DNA of 64,000 bases from Chloroflexota bacterium (GTDB lineage: Bacteria; Chloroflexota; Limnocylindria; P2-11E), in the NCBI GenBank assembly GCA_005881885.1, contig VBDX01000130.1, positions 1,882 to 65,881 of the forward strand, read 5' to 3'. Shown here piece after piece: positions 28,201 through 39,793 of the stretch (its first letter is position 1; each line of letters opens with the position of its first letter). The notes beneath the pieces are model-generated. The model was not told the origin of the DNA. It saw nothing but the letters and a program-made list of their open reading frames with translations, and made no database searches. A program made the translations under genes and the position numbers.

Positions 28201-28415
28201 GGGACGATCTGCGTGCGGACATCGTCACGCTCGAGCGGGCGGCCGCAAAAGGAAGCCGTCTCGCAGGAGCGCTGGCCGAGGCCGCGACGGAGGAACTCGC
28301 CACGGCGGCCGGCGGCCCGCGCCCGGCGCACGCGCGGCTGCGCGGTCTCGGCTACCGCGGACTGAGCGAGCAGCTTTCCCACCGACCTGGCCACTTGGCC
28401 GACCCGAGAGCCTGA
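25281..28415 (+). CDS. adenylate/guanylate cyclase - P-loop NTPase (STAND-like) - TPR/helical repeat protein
   Basis: Class III cyclase motifs (ITCLFIDIVGST, EKYIGDAIFALFG), Walker A GPPGQGKT, and about 600 aa of helical repeats. No C-terminal HTH found. An alternative GTG start lies at 25350. Confidence 0.8.
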   Translation: MTSPHGPCQESRWRRLSKGDARTVVTGLAKRAERRVITCLFIDIVGSTALTMQVPPERMKRTLDEAFAELTGLIGREAGTVEKYIGDAIFALFGAPTAHADDPLRALRAAEACAAWAASRGRQVAIRVGIETGEALVDLGATEADRQRMAVGACVNIAARLQTHAEPGQILIGPNCHEATAENADLESTGPLELKGLGSVDAWRLLAVHETPSAMGLPLVGRERELETLRAALERTRLGKGTFVVVSGPPGQGKTRLTAEFIAALGPSCRVLRARCRPGAETGAHTPLRQILASDLHEVTLNLIAARLSELFTDLGARERIGAVLTHSAGLGGADVLPTNPIEREDEIANGWRRYLEALAGDGVVVIWVEDLHWAEPQLVRLLDRLTFASETRLLLLGTARPEFTDSAALRPGPDRILLELQQLDDVDARALARSAGATDGRGIERAQGNPLFIVELARSRAVAAGDLPINLRGAIAARLDELPPAERELIQRSAVAGETFGVRDAALLSDRDSADVTGALARVAHARYIDRVPDGYRFHHPLIHEVAYGRLPVPERMRLHARYAREAVHPEDAEALAHHWWEALRPPDAEWVWEGEADLPKMRREAYEAYLAAGQRHADRFAHERAVEVYTRALALTGDDLDVASIERAIGVAFARNGQGDDAWQHRLFAIAAYRRAGVDAPASLYAETAAIPVYNYAFSRTLPPDDVVLDLLGDGERIARTSNDTPALTRLLVQQAWYVGATEKADEALAIIDAASDRLQYVDSLFRLAGLWGLRAQIADAEKTFERVDALVGRGAKIDEMEYFMYRARTAYLAGDLERARTIAAQAITFSAGMGPHLRTHARGTLATVAAGRGDWATVLDLAAEVEALVRENPGTPWCVVGATAPSAGAIASALAGDADRARGFVETVERMLAKPGPQRANTLIAPYVMLERAGAEDMVPTPPAVVRPWHLQLVDPIGQNFAIAHAMLERWDDLRADIVTLERAAAKGSRLAGALAEAATEELATAAGGPRPAHARLRGLGYRGLSEQLSHRPGHLADPRA

Positions 28416-28603
28416 GACCCGCCCCAGCCCGACCTTCTCAAGACTGCGCACGGAAGGGTGGCGGAGCGGTCGAGGTGGGTCGTGACGTCGGTACCGAACA
28501 GCGGGGTGACCGGATGCCTTTCGGCCAATCTCGCCCCAGGTCATCGACTTCTGACAGGCGGGGCCTCTAAGATGCGCGGAGCGGGGGAAGGCGGGTAACG
28601 CAG

Positions 28604-28843
28604 ATGAGCGTGGCGGGTCTCGCGGCCCCAGGCAGCACGGCTGCTCTCCAGCGGGTCGCTTTGTTCGGGATCTCGGTCGTCATCGGTGTGGTCGTCGCGA
28701 TGGCCTGGAACGGCTCTGCCGCCGGCGCGATCTACGACGGATTCCTGCAACTGTTCCTCGACCCGACGGCGCAGATCGCGGGCGCGGCCGCCGGCATCAC
28801 CTTGGCGTTCCTTTTGGGGGCTATCCACCTCGTCCACATATGA
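28604..28843 (+). CDS. small membrane protein, or N-terminal fragment of the next ORF
   Basis: 79 aa with 2 TM helices. It ends at a TGA that is in frame with the ORF at 28859. Confidence 0.4.
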   Translation: MSVAGLAAPGSTAALQRVALFGISVVIGVVVAMAWNGSAAGAIYDGFLQLFLDPTAQIAGAAAGITLAFLLGAIHLVHI

Positions 28844-28858
28844 GGCCTACCGGCGGCT

Positions 28859-29500
28859 TTGGCCGCCATGCCTCTCGTGCGGGGGCGGGGAGGGAAGGCC
28901 GAGTGGCTGAAATCGGCGCTCGTCCTCGCCATCGGCATGGTTGCGGTCACCGCGGTTTGGGGCGTCCTTGTCGCGCTCGCCGGGGCTGCTTTCGCGGACT
29001 TCTTCCGCTCCTCGCGCAACATGGGGCTGATCATGCAGCCTGTCCTTTTGGTGATGGGCGCGCTGATGCTCGTCATCGCACTGGGCGAGTTCGGGCTCAT
29101 CCGCAGGATGCTCCCCGAGCTGCACCCGGTCGCCGTGCAGGGCCTCCCGGGTACCGCCCCTTGGAGTTATGGGCGGACGGCGTTGCTCGGCGTCGCCATC
29201 GCCGCGACCTTCGGCATCGTCTGCACGCTGCCACCGTATCTTGCGCTGCTTCTGAGCGTTGCCGTCGTAGGGAGCGTCGCGTACGGCGCCCTCGCGCTCG
29301 GAGCGTACGGGCTCGGCCTGGCGACGCCGATTCTGCTTGGGAGCGCGGCCCTCGGTCCAGCCGGCCGCGCGACGCGGCTTCTGGACTGGCTCGCGGCCAA
29401 GCGCGACGCGCTCCACGTTGCGCAGGGCATCCTGTTCGCGGCACTGGGCGCGCTGGTGCTCGTGTTCTTCTGGGTGCGTTACGCGGTCCCGCCCCCTTGA
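28859..29500 (+). CDS. membrane protein (DsbD_2/CcdA-like?), possibly the same gene as 28604..28843
   Basis: 213 aa with 5-6 TM helices. TTG start with no SD. Same reading frame as the upstream ORF, separated only by one TGA plus 5 codons. Confidence 0.45.
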   Translation: MAAMPLVRGRGGKAEWLKSALVLAIGMVAVTAVWGVLVALAGAAFADFFRSSRNMGLIMQPVLLVMGALMLVIALGEFGLIRRMLPELHPVAVQGLPGTAPWSYGRTALLGVAIAATFGIVCTLPPYLALLLSVAVVGSVAYGALALGAYGLGLATPILLGSAALGPAGRATRLLDWLAAKRDALHVAQGILFAALGALVLVFFWVRYAVPPP

Positions 29501-29544
29501 GCCGGCATCCTTGACCGCCTGAACCCGACGTACCCTCGCTGACG

Positions 29545-30195
29545 GTGACGCGCGTCTTCCTGCTCGACGTCGATAACACACTCATCGACAACGATCGCGC
29601 GAAGAAGGATCTGGAGCGGGAGATCCAAACACTCGTGGGGCCGGAGCGCGATGCGCTGTTCTGGTCGATCTATGACGAGGTGCGCGAGAAGTCGGGCGTC
29701 GTCGACTTCCCCGAGACACTCGCACGATTCCGGCGCGCTCTACCTGACGAGCCTCGCACCGGCGAGATGGAGCGGGCGGTGATGAGCGTTCCGTTCGAAC
29801 GCTATCTGTTCCCGCGAGCGCTGGACGTCATCGCGCACCTCTGGGCGCTCGGGACGGTCGTAATCGTTTCGGACGGGGACCGGGTCTACCAGCCGCTGAA
29901 GATCGCGCGCGCGGGACTCGGACTCGCGGCGAAGGGGAACGTCTTCGTGTACGCGCACAAAGAAGATCGCCTGGCGGAGGTGCAGGTCCGCTTCCCGGCC
30001 GACCGCTACGTTCACGTCGACGACAAGGCGAGCCTTTTGGCGCGCACCAAGGAGCGGCTCGACGGCCGGGTGACCACGATCCACGTTCGGCAGGGCCATT
30101 ACGCGAACGATCCGCCCGCGGGTCCCCCGCCGGATGTCACCGTCGACCGCATCGCCGACTTGCTCGCGATCGATTGGGCGCGATTCGCGCCGTAG
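29545..30195 (+). CDS. HAD-family hydrolase
   Basis: N-terminal LLDVDNTL (DxDxT motif I). S/T motif II and K..D motif III are present. Confidence 0.8.
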   Translation: MTRVFLLDVDNTLIDNDRAKKDLEREIQTLVGPERDALFWSIYDEVREKSGVVDFPETLARFRRALPDEPRTGEMERAVMSVPFERYLFPRALDVIAHLWALGTVVIVSDGDRVYQPLKIARAGLGLAAKGNVFVYAHKEDRLAEVQVRFPADRYVHVDDKASLLARTKERLDGRVTTIHVRQGHYANDPPAGPPPDVTVDRIADLLAIDWARFAP

Positions 30196-30236
30196 CTCGC
30201 ACGCCGCTTGCACGGACGGTCGACGGAGGTGCCGCC

Positions 30237-30485
30237 ATGCCACAAGAAGCCTGGAGCGCCAAGCGCGAGCGCCAGTACGACCACATCAAGCAAAATCTGG
30301 AAGTCCGCGGACGATCCGAGGAGACCGCCGAGCGCATCGCCGCCGCGACGGTCAATCAAACGCGGACGGCGAAGGGTGAGACGAAAGAGCCGAAGCCGCC
30401 GAGCGAGCGGGCGCGTGCGAAGCGCGACATGTCCGCCGCGGGGCGCAAGGGCGGTGAGGCCCGGAAGCGCAGAACATCCCGCTAG
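30237..30485 (+). CDS. small basic stress-type protein (KGG-like)
   Basis: 82 aa starting MPQEAWSAKRERQYDHIKQNLEV..., Lys/Arg-rich tail ...AAGRKGGEARKRR. GGAGGTG SD 6 nt upstream. Confidence 0.6.
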   Translation: MPQEAWSAKRERQYDHIKQNLEVRGRSEETAERIAAATVNQTRTAKGETKEPKPPSERARAKRDMSAAGRKGGEARKRRTSR

Positions 30486-30555
30486 CGGGAAGACCCGAGC
30501 TCGCCTGCGCGTTGTGGTGGCTGGTGCCACCATCACCGCACAGGAGGTCGAAGTT

Positions 30556-31155
30556 ATGACGATCGACCGCGCTCGCTTCGAGCAGGGTCTGACCTACGCC
30601 GCGTACAAGGCTCAGATGACGCGGAACCTGGACCGCGTGGAAGAGAACGAGCGTCGTGTCCAGTTGCGGCCGGAGGACATCGCCGCGTTCCGCGGGCTCC
30701 CGCGGCCGCTGAACGTCGTCGTGCTCGCCGAGGACTGGTGTGGCGACGTGATCGCGAACCTGCCGGTATTGGGCCGGCTCGCGCAGGAGAGCGGCAGGCT
30801 GAACCTTCGCGTGTTCCTGCGCGACCAGAACGACGACCTCATGCAGCGCTACCTGAACCAGGGGAAATACAAGTCGATCCCGGTGTTCGTCTTTTTCGAC
30901 GAGAGTTTCCGCGAGCTGGGACATTGGATCGAACGACCCGCGTCGGTGACCGAGCTGCGCGCAGAGCGCCGCCGCGGCATCTTCGCCGCGCATCCCGAGT
31001 TCGGCGCGCCGGACGCTCCGGTCGACCAGCTGCCCGAGGACGTGCGCGGTCGGCTGCAGGCGGAGCTTCAAAAGATGCGTGATGACACCGCGTCATTCGC
31101 GAACGCGGAGGTCGTCCGAGAGATCCGCGATCTGGTCACGCGCGTCGCCGCATGA
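30556..31155 (+). CDS. thioredoxin-fold protein (single-Cys WCGDV variant)
   Basis: 199 aa with CAGGAGG SD. The LAEDWCGDVIANLP segment sits where WCGPC lies in thioredoxins. Trx-like beta-alpha-beta layout. Confidence 0.65.
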   Translation: MTIDRARFEQGLTYAAYKAQMTRNLDRVEENERRVQLRPEDIAAFRGLPRPLNVVVLAEDWCGDVIANLPVLGRLAQESGRLNLRVFLRDQNDDLMQRYLNQGKYKSIPVFVFFDESFRELGHWIERPASVTELRAERRRGIFAAHPEFGAPDAPVDQLPEDVRGRLQAELQKMRDDTASFANAEVVREIRDLVTRVAA

Positions 31156-31406
31156 CGGGCGCTCCGCCCAAGGTGAAGATCACGTATTGCGCCGAATGTG
31201 GCTATGAGCCACAAACACTGGAGCTCGCGAGGGCCCTGATGCTGGAGTTCGGCTCGCGCCTCTCGGCGATCGAGCTCATCCCCTGGGATTCGGGCGCCTT
31301 CGAGGTCAGCGTGGATGGTCAGCTCGTGCACTCAATGCGACGCGACGGCGGATTTCCCGACAACAACATGATTAAGAAGGCGGTTCGAGCCCACTTGACC
31401 GCTTAG
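31152..31406 (+). CDS. Rdx/SelW-like family protein (CxxC form)
   Basis: KVKITYCAECGYEPQ...ELIPWDSGAFEVSVDGQLVHSM fits the SelT/SelW/Rdx fold with a CxxC redox motif. Its ATG overlaps the upstream stop (ATGA). Confidence 0.75.
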   Translation: MTGAPPKVKITYCAECGYEPQTLELARALMLEFGSRLSAIELIPWDSGAFEVSVDGQLVHSMRRDGGFPDNNMIKKAVRAHLTA

Positions 31407-31526
31407 CGGGCACACTCGCGACCGCGTTGCGACCCACAACTTCTCAACGAATTGTTTACTCGGTGGGTCTACACACTGCCGGTCGCCTGACGGACCGGCC
31501 GAGTTTGGACCAGTGGAAGGTGGGGC

Positions 31527-34214
31527 GTGGGCGTGGGACGCGTGCGACTGTCATTCGCGTTGCTTGTCGCGTTCACGTTGGCCATTGCTTGGCCGGCGCG
31601 CGCCGACGACGTCCCGCAGGCGGACCCGCTCGATGTTCAGCCCGCGACAGAGGGCGGAGTCGTTGGCGACGCGTCGACGACATCCTGGTTCGTCGAGCTC
31701 ACCGCGCCCTCGACCTCCGACGGCGGCACCGCGGCGACCGTCGCCGCGTCGCACGACGCTTTCAAGGGCGCCGCGAACGCAAAGGGCGTGAACTACGCGC
31801 AGCGCTTCGAGTACGGCGACCTGTGGAACGGGTTCGCCGTCGACGCGTTCGGGGCGGACGTGTCGGCACTCCGTGGCCTCGACGGCGTCAAGAACCTGTG
31901 GCCGGTGACGACGGCCTCGCTGCCGGCTCCGGAAGCCGGTGACGGCGAAACGATCGACCTCGCGACGTCGCTGGGGATGATCGGCGCGGACACCGTGCAA
32001 CACGATCTCGGCATCACCGGCAAGAACGTCAACGTCGCGATCATGGACACGGGAATCGACTACGACAATCCAGATCTCGGTGGGTGCTTCGGCCCGTCCT
32101 GCCGCGTGTTCACGGGATGGGACTTCGTGGGCGACAACTTCAACGCCGACTCGACATCGCTCGCGTATTCCCCGATCCCGGTGCCGGATCCCAATCCCGA
32201 CGACTGCAACGGTCACGGGACGCACGTCGCGGGGATCGTCGGCGCGAAGGGCGTTGTCACGGGCGTCGCGCCCGGCGTCCGCTTCGGCGCGTACCGCGTC
32301 TTCGGCTGCCAGGGCTCGACGACGGCCGCGATCATGCTCGCCGCGATGGAGCGGGCGCTCGCCGACCGCATGGACGTCTTGAACATGAGCATCGGCTCCG
32401 CGTTCCAGTGGCCGACCTACCCGACGGCCATCGCCGCCGACCGGCTCGTGACCAAACACGGGATGGTCGTCGTGGCGTCGATCGGCAACAACGGCGCGAT
32501 GGGGCTCTACTCGGCGGGCGCACCCGGACTTGGCGCGAACGTGATCGGTGTGGCGTCGTTCGACAACACCTTCGTCAACAGGCAGTCGATCCGCGTGAGC
32601 GACATCGCGACCGCGATCGGATACACCGGAGCGACAGGCGCGCCTCCGGCCCCCACAAGCGGTTCGCTTCCGCTGCAGACCTTCGGCACGCCGACGACGG
32701 TCAACGACGGCTGCGCCGCTTTCCCCGTTGGGAGCCTTGTCGGGAAGGCCGTATTGATCCGCCGCGGAACGTGCACCTTTTACGCCAAGGCCTTCAATGC
32801 GCAAGCGGCGGGCGCCTCGGCCGTCGTTCTGTACAACAACGCAGCGGGGATCTTGAGCGCGAGCGTTACCGGGACTCCGCCCATCACGATCCCTGTGGTG
32901 GCGGTCGATCAGCGAGACGGGAATGCGATCTGGGCCAAAATCACGAGCGCGGCCGGCGCCTCGCTCACGTGGACGACCGAGATCACGAGCGTGCGAAATG
33001 GCACAGGCAACCTCATCTCAAGCTTCAGCTCCTACGGACCATCACCCGACCTCGACCTGAAGCCGGACATCGGCGCGCCGGGCGGCTCCATCTACTCGAC
33101 CCTTCCGCTCGAGCAGGGTGGGCATGGCTCCATGAGCGGTACGTCGATGTCGTCGCCGCACGTCGCGGGTGCGGTCGCGCTGCTCTTGGAGTCGCGGCCC
33201 AAGAGCCTCCGCGAGCTTGGGCCGCAGCGGGTCCTCGGCATCCTGCAGAACAGCGCCAAGCCGCATGTGTGGAGCGGTAATCCGACGCTCGGGCTGCTGG
33301 ACAACGTGCATCGTCAGGGCGCCGGGATGCTCGACATCCGGGCGGCGATCGAAGCGAACGCCGAGATCACCCCGAGCAAGCTTTCCCTGGGCGAGAGCCA
33401 AGCGGGCGCGGCGACGCGAACGCTCACGATCAGGAGCCTCCCCGGCACCGGGAAGGCGGTCACGTACACGTTCGAGCACGAGCCTGCGCTCGCGACGAAC
33501 GGCGTGATCAACGGTCCGAGCGAGGTCATCAACCCGAGCGACCCGACCGCCGGGTCCGCAAGCGTCTCATTCAGCCCCTCGACCGTGACGGTCAAAAACA
33601 ATCAGGCGGCCTCGGTGAACGTGACCATCAACGCGCCGTCCGGCCCCGACCATGGCATCTACGGCGGGTACCTAAGGATCTCGAGCGACGAAAGCCCGGC
33701 CAAGGTCTACCGGGTCCCGTACACGGGATTCATCGGTGACTACCAGTCGATCGCCGTCCTCACCGGCACGAAGGTCGCCGCGCGGCAGACCGGTTGGGTG
33801 AACAGCATGGGCGCGATCGCGCCTTCGTTCAACGGTATTACCGGCTACCGGTTCACGATGGGCGAGAAGCCGAATCCGGGCGGCTTTGGCCACCCGACCT
33901 TCACCGACGTTCCGAACTACCTGCTCCACCTTGACTTCCAATCCAGCAGGGCCACTTTCACGGCCTTTGACGCCGCGACCGGAGCGCCTCAAGGCGAGGC
34001 GATGTCGTTCGACAACCTGCCGCGCAACAGCGCAAGCACGAGCGTCTTCGCCTTCCCCTGGGACGGATTCGTCGGCCCGACCGGAGCGCGCACGCAGCTT
34101 GCCAACGGTGAGTACATCCTCAAGCTGACCCTCGTTCGCGCGCTCGGGAACCCTAGCAATCTCGCGCAGGTGGAAAGCCAGACGTTCGCAAAAGTCAACA
34201 TCCAGCGCCCCTGA
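31527..34214 (+). CDS. secreted subtilisin-like serine protease (S8) with PA-type insert and C-terminal beta domains
   Basis: Signal peptide. Catalytic D (AIMDTGIDY), H (HGTHVAGIV) and S ([11 protein letters not shown]). About 895 aa. Confidence 0.85.
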   Translation: MGVGRVRLSFALLVAFTLAIAWPARADDVPQADPLDVQPATEGGVVGDASTTSWFVELTAPSTSDGGTAATVAASHDAFKGAANAKGVNYAQRFEYGDLWNGFAVDAFGADVSALRGLDGVKNLWPVTTASLPAPEAGDGETIDLATSLGMIGADTVQHDLGITGKNVNVAIMDTGIDYDNPDLGGCFGPSCRVFTGWDFVGDNFNADSTSLAYSPIPVPDPNPDDCNGHGTHVAGIVGAKGVVTGVAPGVRFGAYRVFGCQGSTTAAIMLAAMERALADRMDVLNMSIGSAFQWPTYPTAIAADRLVTKHGMVVVASIGNNGAMGLYSAGAPGLGANVIGVASFDNTFVNRQSIRVSDIATAIGYTGATGAPPAPTSGSLPLQTFGTPTTVNDGCAAFPVGSLVGKAVLIRRGTCTFYAKAFNAQAAGASAVVLYNNAAGILSASVTGTPPITIPVVAVDQRDGNAIWAKITSAAGASLTWTTEITSVRNGTGNLISSFSSYGPSPDLDLKPDIGAPGGSIYSTLPLEQGGHGSMSGTSMSSPHVAGAVALLLESRPKSLRELGPQRVLGILQNSAKPHVWSGNPTLGLLDNVHRQGAGMLDIRAAIEANAEITPSKLSLGESQAGAATRTLTIRSLPGTGKAVTYTFEHEPALATNGVINGPSEVINPSDPTAGSASVSFSPSTVTVKNNQAASVNVTINAPSGPDHGIYGGYLRISSDESPAKVYRVPYTGFIGDYQSIAVLTGTKVAARQTGWVNSMGAIAPSFNGITGYRFTMGEKPNPGGFGHPTFTDVPNYLLHLDFQSSRATFTAFDAATGAPQGEAMSFDNLPRNSASTSVFAFPWDGFVGPTGARTQLANGEYILKLTLVRALGNPSNLAQVESQTFAKVNIQRP

Positions 34215-34233
34215 CACGAAAACCGGACCACAG

Positions 34234-34273
34234 GAGGCCGCTAGTCGAGGACAGGCGGCCTCATACTTTTCCC
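34234..34273 (+). terminator. candidate intrinsic terminator (GAGGCCGC ... GCGGCCTC then ATACTTTTCC)
   Basis: 8-bp stem followed by a T-tract, between the S8 protease stop and the moaA ATG. The loop is long at 13 nt, so this is tentative. Confidence 0.3.
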
Positions 34274-34275
34274 AG

Positions 34276-35280
34276 ATGGATCCGCTTGACACGCTCGGCC
34301 GGCCGCTCCATGACCTGCGGGTCAGCGTCACCGACCGTTGCAACTTCCGCTGCGTCTATTGCATGCCGAAGGAGATTTTTGGCAAGGATTTCCAGTTCCT
34401 GCCGCGCGCCGAGATCCTCAGCTTCGAGGAGATCGAGCGCCTGGTCCGGATCTTCGTCGGTCTCGGCGTGCAGAAAATTCGGCTCACCGGTGGCGAGCCG
34501 CTCGTACGGCGCGATCTCGAGCGACTCGTCGAAAAGCTCGCGGCCCTGGGCGACCTCGACCTCACGCTGACGACGAACGGTTCCCTGCTCGCACAGAAGG
34601 CGAATGCCCTCGCGGCCGCCGGTCTCAAGCGCATCACCGTCAGTCTCGACTCGCTGGATGACGCGACCTTCCGCGCGATGAATGACGTCGACTTCCCGGT
34701 CGCGAAGGTCCTCGCGGGGATCGAGGCCGCGCACGGTGCGGGTCTCGCGCCGATCAAGATCAACATGGTCACCAAGCGTGGCGTGAACGAGTCGAGCATC
34801 GTGCCGATGGCGCGCTACTTCAAAGGGACCGGCATGACGCTCCGATTCATCGAGTTCATGGACGTCGGCTCGACCAACGGTTGGCGCCTTGACGACGTCG
34901 TGCCCGCTCGGGAGATCGTCGCGATTATCGATCGCGCGATGCCGCTCGAGCCGATGACCCCCGCGTATCGCGGCGAGGTCGCGAACCGCTATCGCTACAA
35001 GGACGGCTCGGGGGAGATCGGGATCATCGCCTCGGTGACCCAGCCGTTCTGCGCGGACTGCACGAGAGCCCGCCTCTCCGCCGACGGATCTCTGTACACG
35101 TGCCTCTTCGCGACGCAGGGGCATGACCTGCGGGCGCTCGTGCGCGGCGGTGCGACCGATGAGGAGATCGCGAACAGGGTCGCGGCGGTGTGGACGGAGC
35201 GGACCGACCGCTACTCGGAGCTGCGCTCCAGAGACACCAGCGGCCTGCAGAAGATCGAGATGAGCTTCATCGGAGGCTAG
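34276..35280 (+). CDS. moaA: GTP 3',8-cyclase MoaA (radical SAM)
   Basis: [10 protein letters not shown] radical-SAM cysteine triad plus the C-terminal second cluster [20 protein letters not shown]. Confidence 0.9.
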   Translation: MDPLDTLGRPLHDLRVSVTDRCNFRCVYCMPKEIFGKDFQFLPRAEILSFEEIERLVRIFVGLGVQKIRLTGGEPLVRRDLERLVEKLAALGDLDLTLTTNGSLLAQKANALAAAGLKRITVSLDSLDDATFRAMNDVDFPVAKVLAGIEAAHGAGLAPIKINMVTKRGVNESSIVPMARYFKGTGMTLRFIEFMDVGSTNGWRLDDVVPAREIVAIIDRAMPLEPMTPAYRGEVANRYRYKDGSGEIGIIASVTQPFCADCTRARLSADGSLYTCLFATQGHDLRALVRGGATDEEIANRVAAVWTERTDRYSELRSRDTSGLQKIEMSFIGG

Positions 35281-35285
35281 CGATC

Positions 35286-35302
35286 CGGGGGCTCGGCCCC
35301 CG
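35286..35302. repeat. REP-like GC hairpin CGGGGGCTCGGCCCCCG (copy 2)
   Basis: Sits between the convergent moaA and pepN ends. Confidence 0.55.
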
Positions 35303-35309
35303 GCCCGTC

Positions 35310-37868
35310 TTAAGCGGGCACGCTCAGCGCGTCGCCAAGCTCGTCAGCCAGCCGCCGCGCGGCCGCGGTGTTCACGCGCAATCGTTCGACGCTCTGCGTG
35401 ACGACCTCATTCACCTCCGGTGCGCGCTTTGCTTCGAGGAAGCGAGCGGCCTCCTCGGCGAGGCCCGGCTGCGCGAGCTGGCTCACCGCGTTCACGAAGC
35501 GCTGCTTGAGGAGGGGCTCCGCGGTCGCGACCTGCTCGTCCCAGCGGTCGCGGATGATCGGCCAGGCCACAGGCCGTGCGTGGCGCTGCTGCAGCAGAGG
35601 GATGACCAAGAGGCCACGCTCCATCGGACGGATGAGGTCGCTGAAGATCGCCTCGGACGTCCGCCGGACGAGCCCCGGTCGCTGGAACGACACCAGGGCC
35701 TGGCGGAACCGAGCCTCCTCCTGCGGATCGTCGGCTGCGGCCCGCTTCATCCGCTCGATGTATCGCTCGTAGAGGACCTCGTCACCGTCGGCCGCGGCCA
35801 CGTTGATCAAAGCGCCGGCGACATCCGGATCGAGACGCATCTTTCCGTCCAGGTGAGCGCGGACCCGGCGTCCAGCCTCCTCCCGCACGTCCGCCGCGCC
35901 GCCGTACATTCCGAGCATCACGATCACGCGGCTGCGCTTCTCGCGCGTGTCCGGGTCGTCGTCCGTGCGCGTCTCGAACCCGAGCGGACCGAACATCGGC
36001 CGGTAGAGGTCTTCGACGAATCGCTGGAACGCCGAATCCGTGGCTTCGCGTACCGCATAGTTCGCTATCCAGTTCAGCGCCTCGGAGATGGCCTGGATGA
36101 CGGCACGGTCTTCCTCGCCACGCAGCGTCTCGAGCCGCCGGATGAACTGCCCGAGTGTGGCCTTCCCGTGTCGCGTGAGCGCCCATAAGTTGTCGATGAG
36201 GATGAGCCGCTCCTCGGCGGAGAGGCGCGCGATCCCCTCGTCGAGACGCCCTGCGGAGATGCCGGTCAGCTTGAATCGATAGAAGCCACGACCGCCCGCG
36301 TTCGGGTAGAACCAGCGCGCCCCCTCGAGCCGAAGCGTCGCGCGCTGGGTCGTGAGGAGCATCCGCTTCTCCTTCGTGCCGTCGCCGGCGCCGTACCGGA
36401 TGACGAGCGGTACCGGCCAGAGCTGGCCGGTCGGCTTCGCGTCGGCGTCGGAGAAGTATCGGCTCTGCGTGAGCGTGATCTCGAGCCCGCCGTCGCTCTC
36501 GCGAGCTTCGGACTCGACGAGCGGATGACCGGGTTCCTTGATCCACGCGTTCGCGATCTTGGTGACGTCCTGGCCCGACGCGGCGTCCAGCTCGCGCCAG
36601 AAGTCGTCGGCCGAGGCGTTCGCCTCCGCGTAGCGGCGCAGGTACGAGCGCACGCCCTCGCGGAAGACGTCCTCGCCCAGGTATCCCTCGATCATGCGCA
36701 GGACCGCGGCGCCCTTCGTGTACGTGATGGCGTCGAACCGCTCCGAGGCCTCCTCGGCGCTCTTCGCCTCGACGGAGATCGGGTGCGTCGACGCGAGCGC
36801 ATCGAGGTTGAACGCGCCGGCGTTCTGTGCGACGAAGTCGCGCCAGAAGCCCCATTCCGGGTTAAGCGCGGCCGTGGCTTTCTCGCCAACGAAGCTCGCG
36901 AACGACTCGTTCAGCCAGAGATCGGTCCACCACTTCATCGTCACGAGGTCGCCCCACCACATGTGGGTCAGCTCGTGCGCCGCGGTGGAGAAGATTCCCT
37001 TGAACGTGCCGATCGACGCGTTGCTCTTGTCGGCCGCGAGGAGCCTCGTGCGGTACGTGATCGCGCCGGGGTTCTCCATCGCGCCGGCCTCGAAGTCGGG
37101 GATCCCGATCGCGTCGACCTTGATGTAGGGATAGGGGATGTCCGTGTACTTCTCGAGATAGGAAAGCGAGCGGACGTGGGCGTCGCGGGCATAGATGCCT
37201 TGCTCCGCGAGCCCGGGCGGGAGCCACACGCGAGTCGGGACACCGCTCGGCGTCCGTGCCTCCTCGGTCGATTCGTACGGCCCGACGGTGAAGGCGAGGA
37301 GGTACGGCGAGATCTTGGGGGTCTCGACGAATCGGGTCCGGACGCGACCATCGGCGATGGCCTCGGTCTTCTCGATCGGCATGTTCGCGATCGCCGCAAG
37401 GCCCGCGGGATGGATCAGCTCGAGCGCGAAGCGCGCCTTGAACTCAGGCTCGTCGAAGCAGGGGTACGCGCGGCGCGCGTCGGCCGCTTCGAACTGCGTC
37501 GCGGCGTAGCGCTCGCCCGGTCGGGTGGACCGGTAGAGGCCCCGAAGCGCTTCGCGGATCTCGCCGTTCCAGGTGATCTCGAGCACCCGGTCGCCTTTGC
37601 CGATCTCGTTCTCGAAGCGAAGCGTCGCGGTCTGCGATTCGCGCTCGTATGTCACCTCGCGCATCGCAGGGCCGCCCAGGGTCGCGGCTGTCTTGATATC
37701 GAGGTCGACCGCATGGATGGTGATCTCGCGGACCGGCGCATCGATCGTCAAGGAGATGCGCGCGTGTCCGGCGGAGGTCCAGCGATCGAGGTCGAGATCG
37801 AAGCGCAGCTCGTACCGGATCGGCCGAATTGCCTTGGAGAGCCTGAAGTTGCGCCGCTCATCGCCCAC
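35310..37868 (-). CDS. pepN: aminopeptidase N (M1 family)
   Basis: GAMEN motif (GAMENPG) and zinc site [10 protein letters not shown]...E in WLNESFASF. 852 aa. Confidence 0.9.
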   Translation of the reverse strand: MGDERRNFRLSKAIRPIRYELRFDLDLDRWTSAGHARISLTIDAPVREITIHAVDLDIKTAATLGGPAMREVTYERESQTATLRFENEIGKGDRVLEITWNGEIREALRGLYRSTRPGERYAATQFEAADARRAYPCFDEPEFKARFALELIHPAGLAAIANMPIEKTEAIADGRVRTRFVETPKISPYLLAFTVGPYESTEEARTPSGVPTRVWLPPGLAEQGIYARDAHVRSLSYLEKYTDIPYPYIKVDAIGIPDFEAGAMENPGAITYRTRLLAADKSNASIGTFKGIFSTAAHELTHMWWGDLVTMKWWTDLWLNESFASFVGEKATAALNPEWGFWRDFVAQNAGAFNLDALASTHPISVEAKSAEEASERFDAITYTKGAAVLRMIEGYLGEDVFREGVRSYLRRYAEANASADDFWRELDAASGQDVTKIANAWIKEPGHPLVESEARESDGGLEITLTQSRYFSDADAKPTGQLWPVPLVIRYGAGDGTKEKRMLLTTQRATLRLEGARWFYPNAGGRGFYRFKLTGISAGRLDEGIARLSAEERLILIDNLWALTRHGKATLGQFIRRLETLRGEEDRAVIQAISEALNWIANYAVREATDSAFQRFVEDLYRPMFGPLGFETRTDDDPDTREKRSRVIVMLGMYGGAADVREEAGRRVRAHLDGKMRLDPDVAGALINVAAADGDEVLYERYIERMKRAAADDPQEEARFRQALVSFQRPGLVRRTSEAIFSDLIRPMERGLLVIPLLQQRHARPVAWPIIRDRWDEQVATAEPLLKQRFVNAVSQLAQPGLAEEAARFLEAKRAPEVNEVVTQSVERLRVNTAAARRLADELGDALSVPA

Positions 37869-37902
37869 GTCGACCGAAGAGCCTACCTGTTACGGTCTTC
37901 AG

Positions 37903-39582
<1,680 letters not shown>

Positions 39583-39793
39583 GCAACATCACGGCCCGCC
39601 CGCTTCCCCGTTGCGCGTTCCCGCATCGCGCCACTGATGCGAATGTCGACATCGCAGACGGCGCGACCAAGGAGCGGCCGCTGCCAGTACTTCCGGCCCA
39701 TTAAGCCCGATACCCCTTCCACTCCGCAGGCTGGCAGGCGACGGGTAGCGTCGGCGGGTCGCGGTCGCGCGGAGGGACGGGCCGTGGCCGGGG

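Noticed and set aside
28841-28843. Selenocysteine recoding of the in-frame TGA
   Set aside because: A hairpin exists downstream. However, there is no Cys/redox motif around the codon, and no sel genes are visible in the window. A pseudogene or error is more likely.
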